NCBI GenBank assembly: GCA_951406725.2
Contig: OX597821.1
Coordinates: 87,358,001-87,422,000 of the forward strand
Length of the DNA stretch: 64,000 bases
DNA from: Octopus vulgaris
Taxonomy: Eukaryota
Direction of reading: 5' to 3'
How positions within the stretch are numbered: the first letter of the stretch is position 1; every line of letters starts with the position of its first letter. This document shows, piece after piece, positions 13,486-30,532 of this stretch. The translations under genes and the position numbers were made by a program. A model generated the notes under the pieces. It was not told the DNA's origin and searched no databases. It was given only the letters and a program-made list of their open reading frames with translations.

Positions 13486-13675
13486 CAGATGCACATATAC
13501 ACCCACCGAGTGTGTGTGTGTGTGTATGTTTACAACGGTAAAACATCAGTCCCATCTCTAACGCAGATCTCGAACCTGAATGAACTTTCAGGTTAATTAA
13601 CTCACTCCCACCCTCTTGTACGTGAGTTGAAATGTCGAGGCCTAACATTCACACATACTCCCAGACGGCCATTCA

Positions 13676-13756
<81 letters not shown>

Positions 13757-13895
13757 ACACACACACACACACACATATATGTATGCTTGCGTGTGTATGT
13801 GAACGTATGTAACTATGTTTCTATAATAAGAGACAAATATTTCTTGTTGTATACACACACAGACACAGAGTCATAAATACGCTTGTGTATATATG

Positions 13896-13944
<49 letters not shown>

Positions 13945-14018
13945 TCACGTATGTCTGTCCACATATATTACAAGACTGGGTTTATAGGGAAACTGCATCC
14001 ACACACACGTATGGATTG

Positions 14019-14056
<38 letters not shown>

Positions 14057-14237
14057 CACACACACACAGACATATATGTGCTTGTGTGTGTATGAACGAG
14101 TACATGTATGCACGTATATGTCCACATGTATTACAAGACTGGATTTATACGGAAAGTCTATTCATACACACATATGTTTATATGTTTATATATATATACA
14201 TATATATATGTATATATATATAAACATATAAACATAT

Positions 14238-14282
<45 letters not shown>

Positions 14283-14549
14283 TAAAAATAAAAATATATG
14301 GATAGATACACAGACAAACAGACACACACACATATATTCGATACTATCTCATGGTATATCCGGCAGTTATTTCAATAAGCCTGAAGCAAAAACGATCTGG
14401 AAATTATTTTTTTCCCTCCTCTGCGAGAATTGAACTCAAAACAAAGATCGATGGAAAGTAAATATTGTAAATTATTTAGTCCGATGCTCTATCGATTCTG
14501 CTACACCACCGCCTGCGTGTACTTGTAAATATTACTACGTATATATATG

Positions 14550-14670
<121 letters not shown>

Positions 14671-15003
14671 AAAGAGTTGACAGACAACTTCACCATTTGA
14701 ATGCATTGATTATTTCAACAAACGCACACGTAATTACGCATACGTTTGCACGCGAGGCCGCGCACGGACACACACACAAACACCCACCCACAGACGTACA
14801 CAAGCGCATAGACGCACACACACACACACATTAACACACACATTAACACACACATACACCACTAATTAGAAATTAATTAAAAATGGCCACACCAGGAAGT
14901 GTTAATTGAATAATTCATATAATTCTTCTGTCATTCGAATAATACTTTCCGTCTTTGTGTTTGTTTTTTGTTGTTGTTGTCTTTCAATTTCCACCGTAAC
15001 AAT

Positions 15004-15113
15004 TATCATCATCATCATCGTTGCCACCACCACCATCATCATCATCATCATCATCACCATCGTCATCGTAATCATCATCATCGTCATCATCGTCATCGTC
15101 ATCATCGTCGTCG

Positions 15114-15150
<37 letters not shown>

Positions 15151-15500
15151 AATCATCGTCATCATCATCATCGTAATCATCATCATCATCATCATCATCA
15201 TCGTCGTCGTCGTCATCATCATCATCATCATCATCGTCATCATCGTCATCATCGTCATCACCATCATCATCATCACCATCATTTTCACCACCACCACCAC
15301 CGCCATTGTCATCATCGTCATCATCATCATCATCATCGTCATCATCATCATCGTCATCATCACCTTCGCATTATCAACAGCAATAGCACGACGTGCCCCA
15401 CGACCACCACCACGACCACCACCTCCACCACCATACCGCCACCTTCTTCATCGTCGTTGTCGTCATCATCCATCATCATCATCATCATCGTCATCATCAA
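15004..15500. repeat. (CAT/CGT/CAC)n trinucleotide array
   Basis: Seen directly; source of the poly-H/I/M ORFs. Confidence 0.95.
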
Positions 15501-15720
15501 CGACATTCTCGTCATCTCTAAGACTTCTCATCTTCCTCAGTTGCAGTGCTTTGATCAGTGTGTGTGTGTGTGTGAACATTGGTATACACACACCACATAC
15601 ACACGGACACACACAGACGCGCACACCACATACATACAGACACACAGACACACATACACACACATATAGTTTTGGAGTGTGTTTAGTCGATAGAGCGGTA
15701 AAGAAAAATGTGTGTAAATC

Positions 15721-15820
<100 letters not shown>

Positions 15821-16022
15821 GCACATACATACACAAATATATATATACACTCACACACGCATACATGGACACCTTAGGTATATGCATTGATGCACAATGG
15901 AAAACTAAGGTACGAGAATCGTCGTGGGAATGCATTGACCAAATTCACACACACACACACACTTGTTTGTACGAATCAATATAAATATATACAAGAACAT
16001 ATATACAAATATACATACATAC

Positions 16023-16111
<89 letters not shown>

Positions 16112-16584
16112 CGACATGTGTATATACGCCTATATATTTATATATAAGCAACTGCACTGAGAAACACGAAGTGTTATCTATCCCCCTTCTTTCTATCTCT
16201 CAGACACCAAACATCTGTATTTAATATCTAAATAGATGCAATTTCACACATGCGCGTACAGACCACATTCTCTCGTGGAAACGTGTGCGCTACGCGAGGA
16301 TTGACGGTACAAAGTCCTGCACAAAGCTCATATATATTAGTGTTATATATACATACATACATACATACATACATACATACATACATACATACATACATAC
16401 ACATATATATATATATATATATATACACTGGCAAGCAAACAGGTACATAGACACATCTGTATTTCGATTCGTTAAATATCAAGGTTGATACCCACACGGT
16501 TTTTCATAGCTCCACATGCAACATCGGTGAACACGACCGTATATTATTACTGTGTACAAAAATACTGAACCAAACACACACACA

Positions 16585-16641
<57 letters not shown>

Positions 16642-16882
16642 ATACACGCATACACGCATACACTTCAATTTACATATAAATACATACGCACGCTCGCACA
16701 CTCATTCATACAAAGGAGTAAACACGCATATATGCGAACATATACATGTACCAGGAAACACACACACACACATGCACACACGTACCACATGCACACACGT
16801 ACCACATGTACATACGTACCACATGTACATACGTACTGAGAGGCATATATTTATTTATAGCGCACATAAATATATATACATG

Positions 16883-16924
<42 letters not shown>

Positions 16925-16937
16925 CGTTTACGTATGT

Positions 16938-16990
<53 letters not shown>

Positions 16991-17022
16991 TACATATATA
17001 TATATATTCATGTGTATGCGTA

Positions 17023-17068
<46 letters not shown>

Positions 17069-17211
17069 GTGTATAAACTTATATGTCAAATCATATATGT
17101 ATGTATATTGATATATAATACATATATACAGGTGTGTATTCAAATAGATGTTTATATTAATATACATATAAATATATAATTACATACGCATCAATATGTA
17201 TATAAAATACA

Positions 17212-17277
<66 letters not shown>

Positions 17278-17569
17278 ATGTAAATAAAAGACTTACCTCG
17301 TAGGTTAAATAATCCACAGGAAAGAAAGCAGGTGAAGGGTGGTGGTAAACAATTCACGTAATCAGGTGCAATTAGATGTGTATATATGTGTAAATAAGTT
17401 TGTCTTGTAGTGTATGAATGTGTTTATGTATTTTGTACACGAATCGCGTGGATTTGTTAATGTGTAACTACGGTTTCTTCTTTTTTTCTTTTTTTTGTGT
17501 GTGTTGGTTTGTCTTCAGCGGGTTAACCTGGCTTTCGGCAGCACCTGCGTCTGTTCCTCTTCTTCTCTT

Positions 17570-17656
<87 letters not shown>

Positions 17657-18596
17657 GTCTGTCTGTCTGTCTCTCTATTTATCTGTCTGTCTCTCTATTT
17701 ATAAATTCATAAACAATGTTCCGGTCTTCATGCTGTTACGGTGCGCAAACTTGCATAAAAGGATGACTTGTAATAACAACAATGGTTATAATAAGGATTA
17801 CCTAACTCCAAAAACACCGTTCTGTGTTCATATAGCAGGAACGTTCTTTATACATACATGCATGCATACATACATTCATATATATATATATAAATATGAG
17901 TGAGCGTGTGCGTGTGCCCGTATGTGTATCTGTGTGTATGTGTACGTACGTGTACGTTCACTGTCTCAATCTTGTTTTCAGCAGCTGAGTGTTTGTACAC
18001 CGCTGTATATTTACAACCACAAGCCAGAGGGCTATTCAAAATCCCTCCCTACAGTTTGTTTATATTAGCTGTTCTGCTCATTTTACTTTATTTTATTACA
18101 TGTTTTTGCTCTCTATATATATACACACACACGTATAGATATTTAAATATGTATATACAGATATATATATATATATTAATAGTTCAATTACACGCTGAGA
18201 GATTTCAGTATAATGTGATTTGTTCGTAGTGTGCTGTGGCTTGGATGCTGGTATTTGGCGCCAAAAACGTACTTCTCATGAGGTCTCGTTCATGTTTATT
18301 ATTGTATGCAAATATATATAATGTCCTGACATGCTTATATTTGTGGGTGTATACACACACGAGTATTTGTTGCTTACATATATATATATATATATATGTG
18401 TCAATGATGTTTCGTCTCCAGAATAATGTGGTCGTGTTATTGTGAAATGTATGTAATCAGCTTCGGAGTTGCTGTACTAGAAAACATAGGTGTATTGAAT
18501 ATATATATATATATATATAGTAGTGCACCGATGCACACCTAGATCGGTTTAAAGATTCATGCACTCGGCACGACAAATACTATAGTTATATGACTA

Positions 18597-18689
<93 letters not shown>

Positions 18690-19011
18690 GTCTGTCTATT
18701 TCACCTGGTAAATGTGCATATTTATGTGTAGTGTAAATGTCTTAACGTGCAAATGTGCATGAAAGCTCAAGGAAATGAATGGAAATTCAAATAATTGCGC
18801 ATGTATATGAATATGCACAATTGCATTTACGTATATATGTATGCATATTATGCATACATGTGCACGAGTGTGCCTGTATATGTATTGGTATGTATGTATG
18901 TATGTATGTATGTATGTATGTATGTATGTATTTATGTATTTATGTATGTATGTATCTATCTACCTGTCTATGTGTAACTAGATATATAAGGATAGATATA
19001 TGTAAATGTAA

Positions 19012-19071
<60 letters not shown>

Positions 19072-19174
19072 GTAAATATCTGTGAATATATATGTATCTG
19101 TGTATGTATATGTGTAAGTTTGTATGTATATGCGTGTGTGGTTGTAACTATATAGAAGTATATATTTCTGAGTG

Positions 19175-19210
<36 letters not shown>

Positions 19211-19599
19211 GTTGTATGTCTATTTAAAGTATAGTTAAAAATATATTTTTGCTGTAACTGATGTTGATGTTACAAGACTGGTGTAAAATCCGAACTAACT
19301 CTTACTCCCCTTCGCCACCGCTCTTTCCCCCTCTCTCTCTCCGTGTCACTTTTTCTTCCCCCTTCTCTTACTCCTGCCCCTCTCTCTCAACTTCCACGAA
19401 GATGTCATGCCAGAAGCTCGAACCGATCGGCTTTATACCATCGGTAGAGTCCATTTTCTATTTCCATTACAGGGGATGACAGGACAGGACAGCGCACTGA
19501 TGTGACAGCCTTGCGACTTAGGGACCAATGGAATATGCACATACCTACATACATACATAGATACGTACATACACACACACGCATATGCACAGAGACATA

Positions 19600-19610
19600 G
19601 ATGCATATAA

Positions 19611-19684
<74 letters not shown>

Positions 19685-19840
19685 TATATACTTGCACATG
19701 CAGAGAGATGCCATACACACATACACAATATATTCTTGCATACACAGAATTGCACATACCTATATATATATATATATATATCTGCGTATAGGTGTGTGTG
19801 TGTATCAGTGTGTGCATCTACGTGTCAATGAGATATCATG

Positions 19841-19896
<56 letters not shown>

Positions 19897-19956
19897 TATG
19901 CATATATATGTGTGTGTGTATGTATATATGTCTGCATATATGTATGTATATATCTA

Positions 19957-20031
<75 letters not shown>

Positions 20032-20245
20032 ATGTGTGTATATATATATGTATGTATGTATATATATAGATATATGCAATATATATATATATATATATGT
20101 GCATATATTTATGTATATGCATATATATATACATATGTATATATATGTGTATACATATATATAAGTATATAATATATATGTATATGTGTATATATGTATA
20201 TATATATATGTAATGTATATGTATATGTATATAAGCATATGCATA

Positions 20246-20283
<38 letters not shown>

Positions 20284-20306
20284 TATGTATATATATGTGT
20301 ATATAG

Positions 20307-20373
<67 letters not shown>

Positions 20374-20887
20374 TATATGTAAATAAACACATACATATAT
20401 ACTTGTGTGTGAATACATGCATATTTATTATATTATGAATATTTATATGTATGTATAAATATATATTATCATACACATACAAACATACATACCGACATAT
20501 ATGTGTACTAAATGTATAAATCTCCCTCATTCTGTCCGTCTGTCTCCCTTCCACCCCCTATCTCTCTCTCTCCCTACTTTCCTCCTCCTTTCTCTCTCTC
20601 TATATGTATCTTTCTCTCTCTCTCTCTCTATATATATATATACATATATATATATACTCACACACACATATATATGTATACATACATACATACATACATA
20701 TATACACACACTTATATATTTATATAATATAGAAATATATTATATATATTTCTATGTATATAATATATATAACATAGAAATATGTATAAAGTATACTTAA
20801 TATATAAATATATATATACATATATAAATATGTATATAAGTTTAAAATATAAATATAATATATATTCATATATACATAATTGGTTGC

Positions 20888-20963
<76 letters not shown>

Positions 20964-21117
20964 ATACACACATATATATATATGCATATACACATATATA
21001 TATACATATATATACCTATCTATTTCATTATCTGTATATATACTTATATACACACATACATTTACATACACTTACGTTCATATACATGCATACATATACA
21101 TATGTATATATACTTAG

Positions 21118-21185
<68 letters not shown>

Positions 21186-21205
21186 CATTTGTATATTTGT
21201 CTTTT

Positions 21206-21250
<45 letters not shown>
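19600..21250. repeat. Large degenerate (TA)n/(TATG)n low-complexity block
   Basis: Seen directly; similar blocks cover much of 13-29 kb, 47-48.5 kb and 61.8-63.3 kb. Confidence 0.95.
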
Positions 21251-21253
<3 letters not shown>

Positions 21254-21725
21254 CCCACACACATCTGTATACACAGCCATGGCAACACGGAAACAAACTT
21301 CGGCTTTGCAACCTTGTGTGGTGCGTTCAGGTTCGCCCAGACATGCTCATCACCCCCGGGCAAATGTTTTTCTTCTCCTGCCTCAGGTTAACGAAAACCT
21401 TCAGAGGTAAAGAGACTATTGTACCGTATCACCTTGTGTATAGGTATGCATGCTTGTGTGTGCATGTGTATTCTGTATGTGTATGTGTGCGTGCACGGGT
21501 ATGCACGAATGCATGTGCGCGTACGAATTTATACGTTCTTCTGTAGGACGTTGCATGGCTTTTTCGACAAATTGAAGCGATAAATTTAAAAATAAGCAAT
21601 GGAATCGATATAATCGACTGATTATTTCAAGCCGGTGTACTGCAGTACATACAGAAACCAGCAAAAAAGTAAAACTATAGGCTTACACATACATACATAC
21701 ATACATACATACATACATACATACA

Positions 21726-21756
<31 letters not shown>

Positions 21757-21817
21757 TGTGTGCCCGTGTGTGTGTGTGTATATCTGTGTGTTTTTATGTA
21801 CACAATGTGCACAGGTG

Positions 21818-21899
<82 letters not shown>

Positions 21900-22061
21900 A
21901 CCATATGTGCATATATATTGATATGTACATATATATGGATATATATATATATATACATACATACATAAATTCATGTGTGTGTGTATGAGTGTTTATATAT
22001 ATATATATACTCATGCATTGATATATATATGAATACGTTTGTACACGCATTTATATGAATA

Positions 22062-22122
<61 letters not shown>

Positions 22123-22318
22123 TTGTGTGTGTGTGTGTGTATATACATATTCTACATACATATTATATGCACACACATGCCTCTATATTTATGTTCACTT
22201 ACATATGCATATGTGTATGTAAATGTATGTGTATATCTATGTATGTGTGTGTGTTATTATATGTATGTATGTACATATATATGCATATATATTTACACAC
22301 ATACACACAGGCCAAGCA

Positions 22319-22353
<35 letters not shown>

Positions 22354-22541
22354 GCATATATATATATATATATACGTATATGTATATGTAATGTCATTGT
22401 GAGTTTATAACCACACATACAGTGGATACTGATAGATTATTAATACAGAGAGACAATTATCAACTAGTCATCTTCCGGTATATAAATCGATTTGTCGCAC
22501 ACACACTCACTTTCATGCACGTATACATAATATATGTATAT

Positions 22542-22634
<93 letters not shown>

Positions 22635-22688
22635 CTGTTTATCTATCTGTCTGTCTGTCTATCTCTCGATCAATCAATCTATCAATCA

Positions 22689-22770
<82 letters not shown>

Positions 22771-22858
22771 TTGTCTAATTATCAATCTACCTATCAGTCG
22801 ATTTAACTGTCTATATAGACATATATATTGAAATACGTACACACACACACATATATAC

Positions 22859-22890
<32 letters not shown>

Positions 22891-23912
22891 ACGTATATAT
22901 ATAAATGATATAGATGTTTAATACGTATTTTCTTTTAAGTAAATACACATACATTCACATACATATACCTATAATTACCTGTCTATGAATTGATATTTAC
23001 GTGTGTAGAAGCGTGCGTGTGTATGTGTATATATCATCATACATGTAAAGAAAAATATAAATGCGTACATATCTGTGTGTGTGTGTGTGTGTGTGTGTGT
23101 GCACACATAAACATATGTATGCATGTGTATGTTTGCATGTATATATATACGTAATTGTGCATGTATACACATATATGTGTATGTTTACAGGTATTCGGTT
23201 ATGCGGTATCTGCGTGTATATGTCTTTCGGTATGTGTGTGTATGTGTGTACGTATCTACCTGTCTATTTATGTATCCATGTGTACACACACATACACGTA
23301 TATATAAATACACATACACATGTACGCACATCACACACACACATATGTATACATCTACATATACGCATATATGTATTTATATTAATAATTAATAACAAGT
23401 GAGTAAGACGTTGGCAGCGATAATATTTAGTGAAGGACAGTCTTCCCCACAAAGTTCCATTCTTTGCTAACTCACAGCAACCCTGACCGTCCGGTTGTCT
23501 GAACGGCACGACAATCCAACTGTGACCATCCAATCTTATTTATCTAGGGCTATCTTACTCATTACTCCTCTCCTCTCCACCGTAGTTTCTTTGCACAGTA
23601 GTTAGTCTAAGATCGGCGGAGTTTTTTTTGTCTGTTATTTTTAACACGATAGGACAACCATTTTTCAGGCTTTCCCCTGTCGGAGGTACGTTATGGTGAG
23701 TAGTCATGGTAAATATTGCCCCTCGCGGTGGTTTACTGTTTATCGCGGACCGTGTAGCATTATTTCACAGCGTAACGTGTAATCATTGCTCTTGTATACT
23801 TTTACTGATAATAACGACTGACTGCTGCGTGTAACAAGCTCTCAGCAGTATATGTTACCGACCTGGTTTCGCTTTCCGCGTACATCCCTTTCATGCCAAA
23901 AGCAAAACCGCA

Positions 23913-24527
23913 TCTTCTTCTTTTCCTCCTCCTTCTTCTTCTTCTTCTTCTTCTTCTTCTTCTTCTTCTTCTTCTTCTTCTTCTTCTTCTTCTTCTTCTT
24001 CGCCTCCTTCTTCTTCTTCTTCTTCTTCTTCGCCTCCTTCTTCTTCTTCTTCTTCTTCTTCTTCTTCTTCTTCTTCTTCTTCACCTTCTTCTTCTTCTTC
24101 TTCTTCTTCTTCTTCTTCTTCTTCTTCTTCTTCTTCTTCTTCTTCTTCTCCTTCTTCTTCTTCTTCTTCTTCTTCTTCTTCTCCTTCTTCTTCTTCTTCT
24201 TCTTCTTCTTCTTCTTCTCCTTCTTCTTCTTCTTCTTCTTCTTCTTCTTCTTCCCCTTCTTCTTCTTCTTCTTCCCCTTCTTCTTCTTCCCCTTCTTCTT
24301 CTTCCCCTTCTTCTTCTTCTTCTTCTTCTTCTTCTTCTTCTTCTTCTTCTTCTTCTTCTTCTTCTTCTTCTTCTTCTTCTTCTTCTTCTTCTTCTTCTCC
24401 TTCTTCTTCTTCTTCTTCTTCTTCTTCTTCTTCTTCTTCTTCTACTTCTTTTCCTCCTCCTCCTCCTCCTCCTCCTCCTTCTCCTCCTTCTCCTCCTCCT
24501 TCTCCTCCTCCTTCTTCTCCTTCTTCC
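23913..24527. repeat. (TTC)n/(TCC)n polypyrimidine array, about 610 bp
   Basis: Seen directly. Confidence 0.97.
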
Positions 24528-24697
24528 TTATTATGCATGTTTATGTATGGGACCTATATATGAATCAGTGCAACGGCCCGGGGCCCATAAACTGAAAGAA
24601 TGCACCTTAATATGTAATGGGCCCCGCTTGTTGACCCAAAGCAATGACACACCGCTTTGCAAAACTTCCTGTGAACCCCTCCCACCTCACTCACTCA

Positions 24698-24788
<91 letters not shown>

Positions 24789-24809
24789 CCTACCTACCTA
24801 CCTACCTGC

Positions 24810-24875
<66 letters not shown>

Positions 24876-24924
24876 GTGTATACAAATGTAACAAACATTG
24901 TAAACACACACACAAACACGCACG

Positions 24925-24994
<70 letters not shown>

Positions 24995-25270
24995 TACGTA
25001 CGTACGTAGACATACAGCGGGTAAGCAAACGGGGTAGGGGCACGCTGTTCGATATCGCTGCTAAATCTCATTTAGAACCTAATAACTCTACCGTTCGAAA
25101 TACACAAAGGTTGAATCAGACTATAATAGATCTCGAGTCCTTGCTATACTAAAAGACGGGGATGGTCAATGCTGGAAAACTTATCATAATAAGAATTTCT
25201 CGATCGCATAACCTGGGCCAAACCCCACCCCCACCCCCCAAAAAAAAAGAAAAAAAAAAACAAAAACAAA

Positions 25271-25684
25271 GGCGCAGGAGTGGCTGTGTGGTAAGTAGCT
25301 TGCTAACCAACCACATGGTTCCGGGTTCAGTCCCACTGCGTGGCATCTTGAGCAAGTATCTTCTGCTATAGCCTAGGGCCGACCAATGCCTTATGAGTGG
25401 ATTTGGTAGACGGAAACTGAAAGAAGCCTGTCGTATATATGCATATATATATATGCGTGTGTGTGTGTGTTTGTTCCCCTAGCATTGCTTGACAACCGAT
25501 GCTGGTGTGTTTACGTCCCCGTCACTTAGCGGTTCGGCAAAAAGAGACCGATAGAATAAGTACTGGGCTTACAAAAGAATAATAAGTGCCGGGGTCGATT
25601 TGCTCGACTAAAGGCGGTGCTCCAGCAGGGCCGCAGTCAAATGACTGAAACAAGTAAAAGAGTAAAAGAGAAAAGAGAGAAAGT
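25271..25684 (+). mobile_element. SINE A with TSD
   Basis: Full copy; aaaacaaaaacaaa duplicated at 25257-25270 and 25685-25698. Confidence 0.92.
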
Positions 25685-25893
25685 AAAACAAAAACAAAAA
25701 GATTACAACAGACTTGTGTTATCGCAACAGGCTGACAGTCTCTCTCTCTCTCGACAATCCTAGTGCAGAAAACAGTCATACTGTTATAACAGATATCTTT
25801 ACGCCGCCCCACACACACACAAATAAACACGCAACACACATGCACTTGCGCCCGGGTACCGGATATACCACTTACGTAACAATGCACACACAC

Positions 25894-25928
<35 letters not shown>

Positions 25929-26051
25929 CTAGCTTACATATACTGTGCTACAACAAATGAAAAGAAAAACCACGCACAAACCGAACCACGAAAAAAAACT
26001 CCGTAAACAACTCAAGATTCATGAAACATAGACTGACATCACACACACACA

Positions 26052-26108
<57 letters not shown>

Positions 26109-26562
26109 ACACACACACACACTCACACACACACACACACACTCACACACACACTCACACTCACACACACACACACACACTCACACTCACTTACACGCAC
26201 ACACACACACACACACACACACTCCATATATGCACATACATCTATTAACACAGAACGAAATCGTTTCGTAAATCATATTAAGATATTGGACTATCAACGT
26301 CGATGCAAACAAACCAACACCTGCGAACTCCTATGGCACCACCACCACCCGTATATACGCATACCAACGGGATTTGAGTGACATTATACAACACACAAAC
26401 AAACAAACTGTCTGTCGTACACACGCTAATACACCCGTATACAGATTTCAACGTGTTCGTGTAATATACACACGGTGACCCTCAACACGACGCATTTATT
26501 AAACACGCACTTACCTGACCATCCGAGTAAATAGAGAGAGACCTTCACACATATACTAACAC

Positions 26563-26886
26563 GGTACTATTTAAGAAGAGTGGTCCCGGTGCGCGCACTC
26601 GCGTACTCGCGCTTCCGCGCTAGCTAGTAGTGACTAGTCGATCCTTACTTTGTGTTTTTGTGTTTTATTTACTTTGTTTAAAAAAATCATTTACTTTCCT
26701 TAAATCCTTAAAAATGTTTTAGCCCGAAGGCCGCGGCCATGCTGGGGCACCGTGTAAATAAATTTATTTTGCGTTTTATTTACTTTTCTTGGTAGTCGTT
26801 GTAGGATCGACTGGTCACGGACTAGGTAGCGCGGATGTGCGAGTACGCGAGTGCGCGCACCGGGACCACTCTTCTTAAATAGTACC
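26563..26886. mobile_element. MITE, probably Merlin superfamily
   Basis: About 80-bp TIRs starting GGTACTATTTAAGAAGAGTGGTCCCGG (fits Merlin GGNRM ends); 9-bp flanks tactaacac and taccaccac match 7/9. Confidence 0.8.
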
Positions 26887-27004
26887 TACCACCACATGGT
26901 AATGAACACAGGTACAGCATGGAACACATGGTAATAACTGCTCTCCAACTCACACACACATGTATACTAATAAGCAGACACACACACAGAGCAACAGAAC
27001 TATC

Positions 27005-27041
<37 letters not shown>

Positions 27042-27701
27042 AAACACATACACAGACACATATAATTACTCATACACACAATTACACACATAACACACGC
27101 TTATTGGAAACAAGTGACTATATAACTCCGCGGCAAAAAAACACTAATACACATGCGCCAACCCACCCACGCACGCACACACACACGTAGACACACATTG
27201 TACAGTGTCATACGTATACACAGAGTAATTCACGCACACACATACACACGTACTGAGCCCGTATAATCCTGTCACACAATCACCTCAAAAGAAACACACA
27301 CACACACACACACACACTCACTTCTATACGCATACACACACACACACGAAACAGACAACACATACGTACACACTCAAACGCACAAGCACACATACACACA
27401 AAATTCACATTCACGCATACGATATAGTCAATACACACACATATACATTCACATACACACACAAACACACACACACACACACACATGCAGACTAATTCAC
27501 ATACGCGCATACACGCGTATATCCAAACACACATAACGATATATACATACACACATAAAATGATATATATATATATATATATACATACAGACGTAGAATG
27601 ATAAATATACATACACACAAAATAATGTATATATATATATATATATATACAAACACACATAATATAAAATAATATAAATATATGTATGCACACATAAAAT
27701 A

Positions 27702-27742
<41 letters not shown>

Positions 27743-28131
27743 TATAACATATATATGTACCTATATCAAACCATATATACACACACATACATACGTGGCA
27801 ATAGACGCATATTCACAGAAATAGGCACACATATACACTCAAACACACACGCACAAATAACAAAACACTCTAAAATCCTGTGACAACCGACAGAAGACTA
27901 CTTTACCATTCCGTGGGAATTCCGAAAAAAAAAACAATGTGGCTGTTTTCTCTTTAGAATGTGTGAACTGTTAGTATCGGATACTCTCTGTCCATAACAG
28001 ACAGATATCGCTCCAACCTTCGATTCTCGCTTCTAACATAATCTCTAGCACACACACACACACATACACGCACACACACACACACACAAACAAACAAACA
28101 CACGCATACACACAAACAATCACACACACGT

Positions 28132-28176
28132 ACAGTCCGAAGAAGGCCAGGGGAACCGAAACTTCGGAGTTACTGT
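28132..28176 (+). ncRNA. Type I hammerhead ribozyme motif (U4C core variant)
   Basis: acagt-CCGAAGA-a gg ccaggggaa cc-GAAA-ct tcgg ag-TT-actgt; perfect 5-bp stem I and 3-bp stem III with a 4-nt loop. Confidence 0.65.
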
Positions 28177-28214
28177 CAACACTATTCTTATACACACAAA
28201 ATGATATATGTATG

Positions 28215-28268
<54 letters not shown>

Positions 28269-28313
28269 GATATATACAAACACACATAACGATATATACA
28301 TACACACATAAAA

Positions 28314-28348
<35 letters not shown>

Positions 28349-28359
28349 CACACATAAAA

Positions 28360-28394
<35 letters not shown>

Positions 28395-28673
28395 CAGACG
28401 TAAAATGATAAATATACATACACACAAAATAATGTATATATATATATATATATAAACACACACATAATATATAATAGTATAAATATAGGTATGCACACAC
28501 ACATAAAATAATATATATATATATTACATATATATATATATATATATATTGAAAACCCACTAGAATGGGAGCAAGCGCTAATCCGAATGATATGATATAT
28601 ATGTAAAAAATGTAATATATAAATAAATATCTACAAATATGAACCATCTGATCTGATTACCTCAATTTTTCTA

Positions 28674-28716
<43 letters not shown>

Positions 28717-28862
28717 CACACAGACACACACACAGACACACACAGTGGGGGTAAACTTATGCAAAAGGACCAATAAGAGGGGTGAGTGAGTTGAAATACT
28801 TTAGAAAATTACAACAGGTGGATAAAAAAAATCGGAAGTGGTTAGCGGAATGTAAACACACA

Positions 28863-28953
<91 letters not shown>

Positions 28954-29406
28954 GAACGAATAAGAAAAAAACTGCGCACAATCGATTAATAATTATACGT
29001 CGAAAAAGGACAAGATAAAAAGATGGTAGACTGACATTTCTGAGTGAACCCTATATGTGCGCGCGTGTGTGAGGCTATGCGTTCATATATGTGTATGTGT
29101 GCGGGCGCTTCAGTGTATGTTTATGAGTGTGTCTGTGTGTGTGTGTGTGTATGTCTCTGTGTGTCTATATAAATAACTGTGCATGTGTGTGTATATGCGG
29201 GTGTGCAAAATATATGGCGACGGAGATATTTTTATGCAAAACACTTCCTGCAGCAGCTCACTTTCACATTCTCTCAATAATTTGTCGACGAATGTCTTTA
29301 AAACTAACCTGGCATTTATTTCTCTACATCCTATTGTTTCCTTTTTGAACAATAAAGACACTTCATAGTTTGTCAGAGTCACACGTTCACACCAATGTAA
29401 TCACAG

Positions 29407-29860
<454 letters not shown>

Positions 29861-30532
29861 TGCTTTCCGCTTTTCTTTCATTGTTTCTTTCCTATGTGTG
29901 TCTGTGTGTGCGTGGGTTATAAGCGCAAACCTGCTATATTAAAGGTAGCGCAGGTGGTATTAAGAATGGGAATTTTAAAGTTGCATGCGTATGCATGCTC
30001 TTTTACATATACATACGGTACACACAAGCACATTTATGCGTGTACGTGTCTGTCTTTACCTTGATATGCTTGTAAAAGAACGATCTATGTCCCGTAACAG
30101 ATTTTGTCACACATCCCAGCAGTTCCGCAAAACATGATCGTTATAATATGAACAATGATTAAAAATAAGTACTGATGTCGAAATGATCGACTAAAATCAA
30201 TTAGGTTTTCCTTCACGACTGCAATCTAATGATTAAAACAAGTGCAAAATTAAAAACATATTACACACACATGCACCTTCCGGGTATGAATTATCGCTCG
30301 AAATCTTAGTGCTTCTAAGCAATTTTGAGATTTTAGAAACATTGTGTTGGCCTTCGTCATGACCCTCCACGCAGGGGCTATTTGGTTGGCTGGGGCGATG
30401 GAGTGTAGATTCGAATTCTTTTTGGGAGGACTTTTTTACAGAACACAATTTTGCCTGTCAGCTCAAGTACATTTGACTTGCTTTCGTTTCCTATAATCTT
30501 TTCTGCTTTAGACAGAATTGACTGGCTCTCTT

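Noticed and set aside
23842-24891. Poly-Glu/Lys/Phe/Leu ORFs up to 332 aa
   Set aside because: Artefact of (TTC)n
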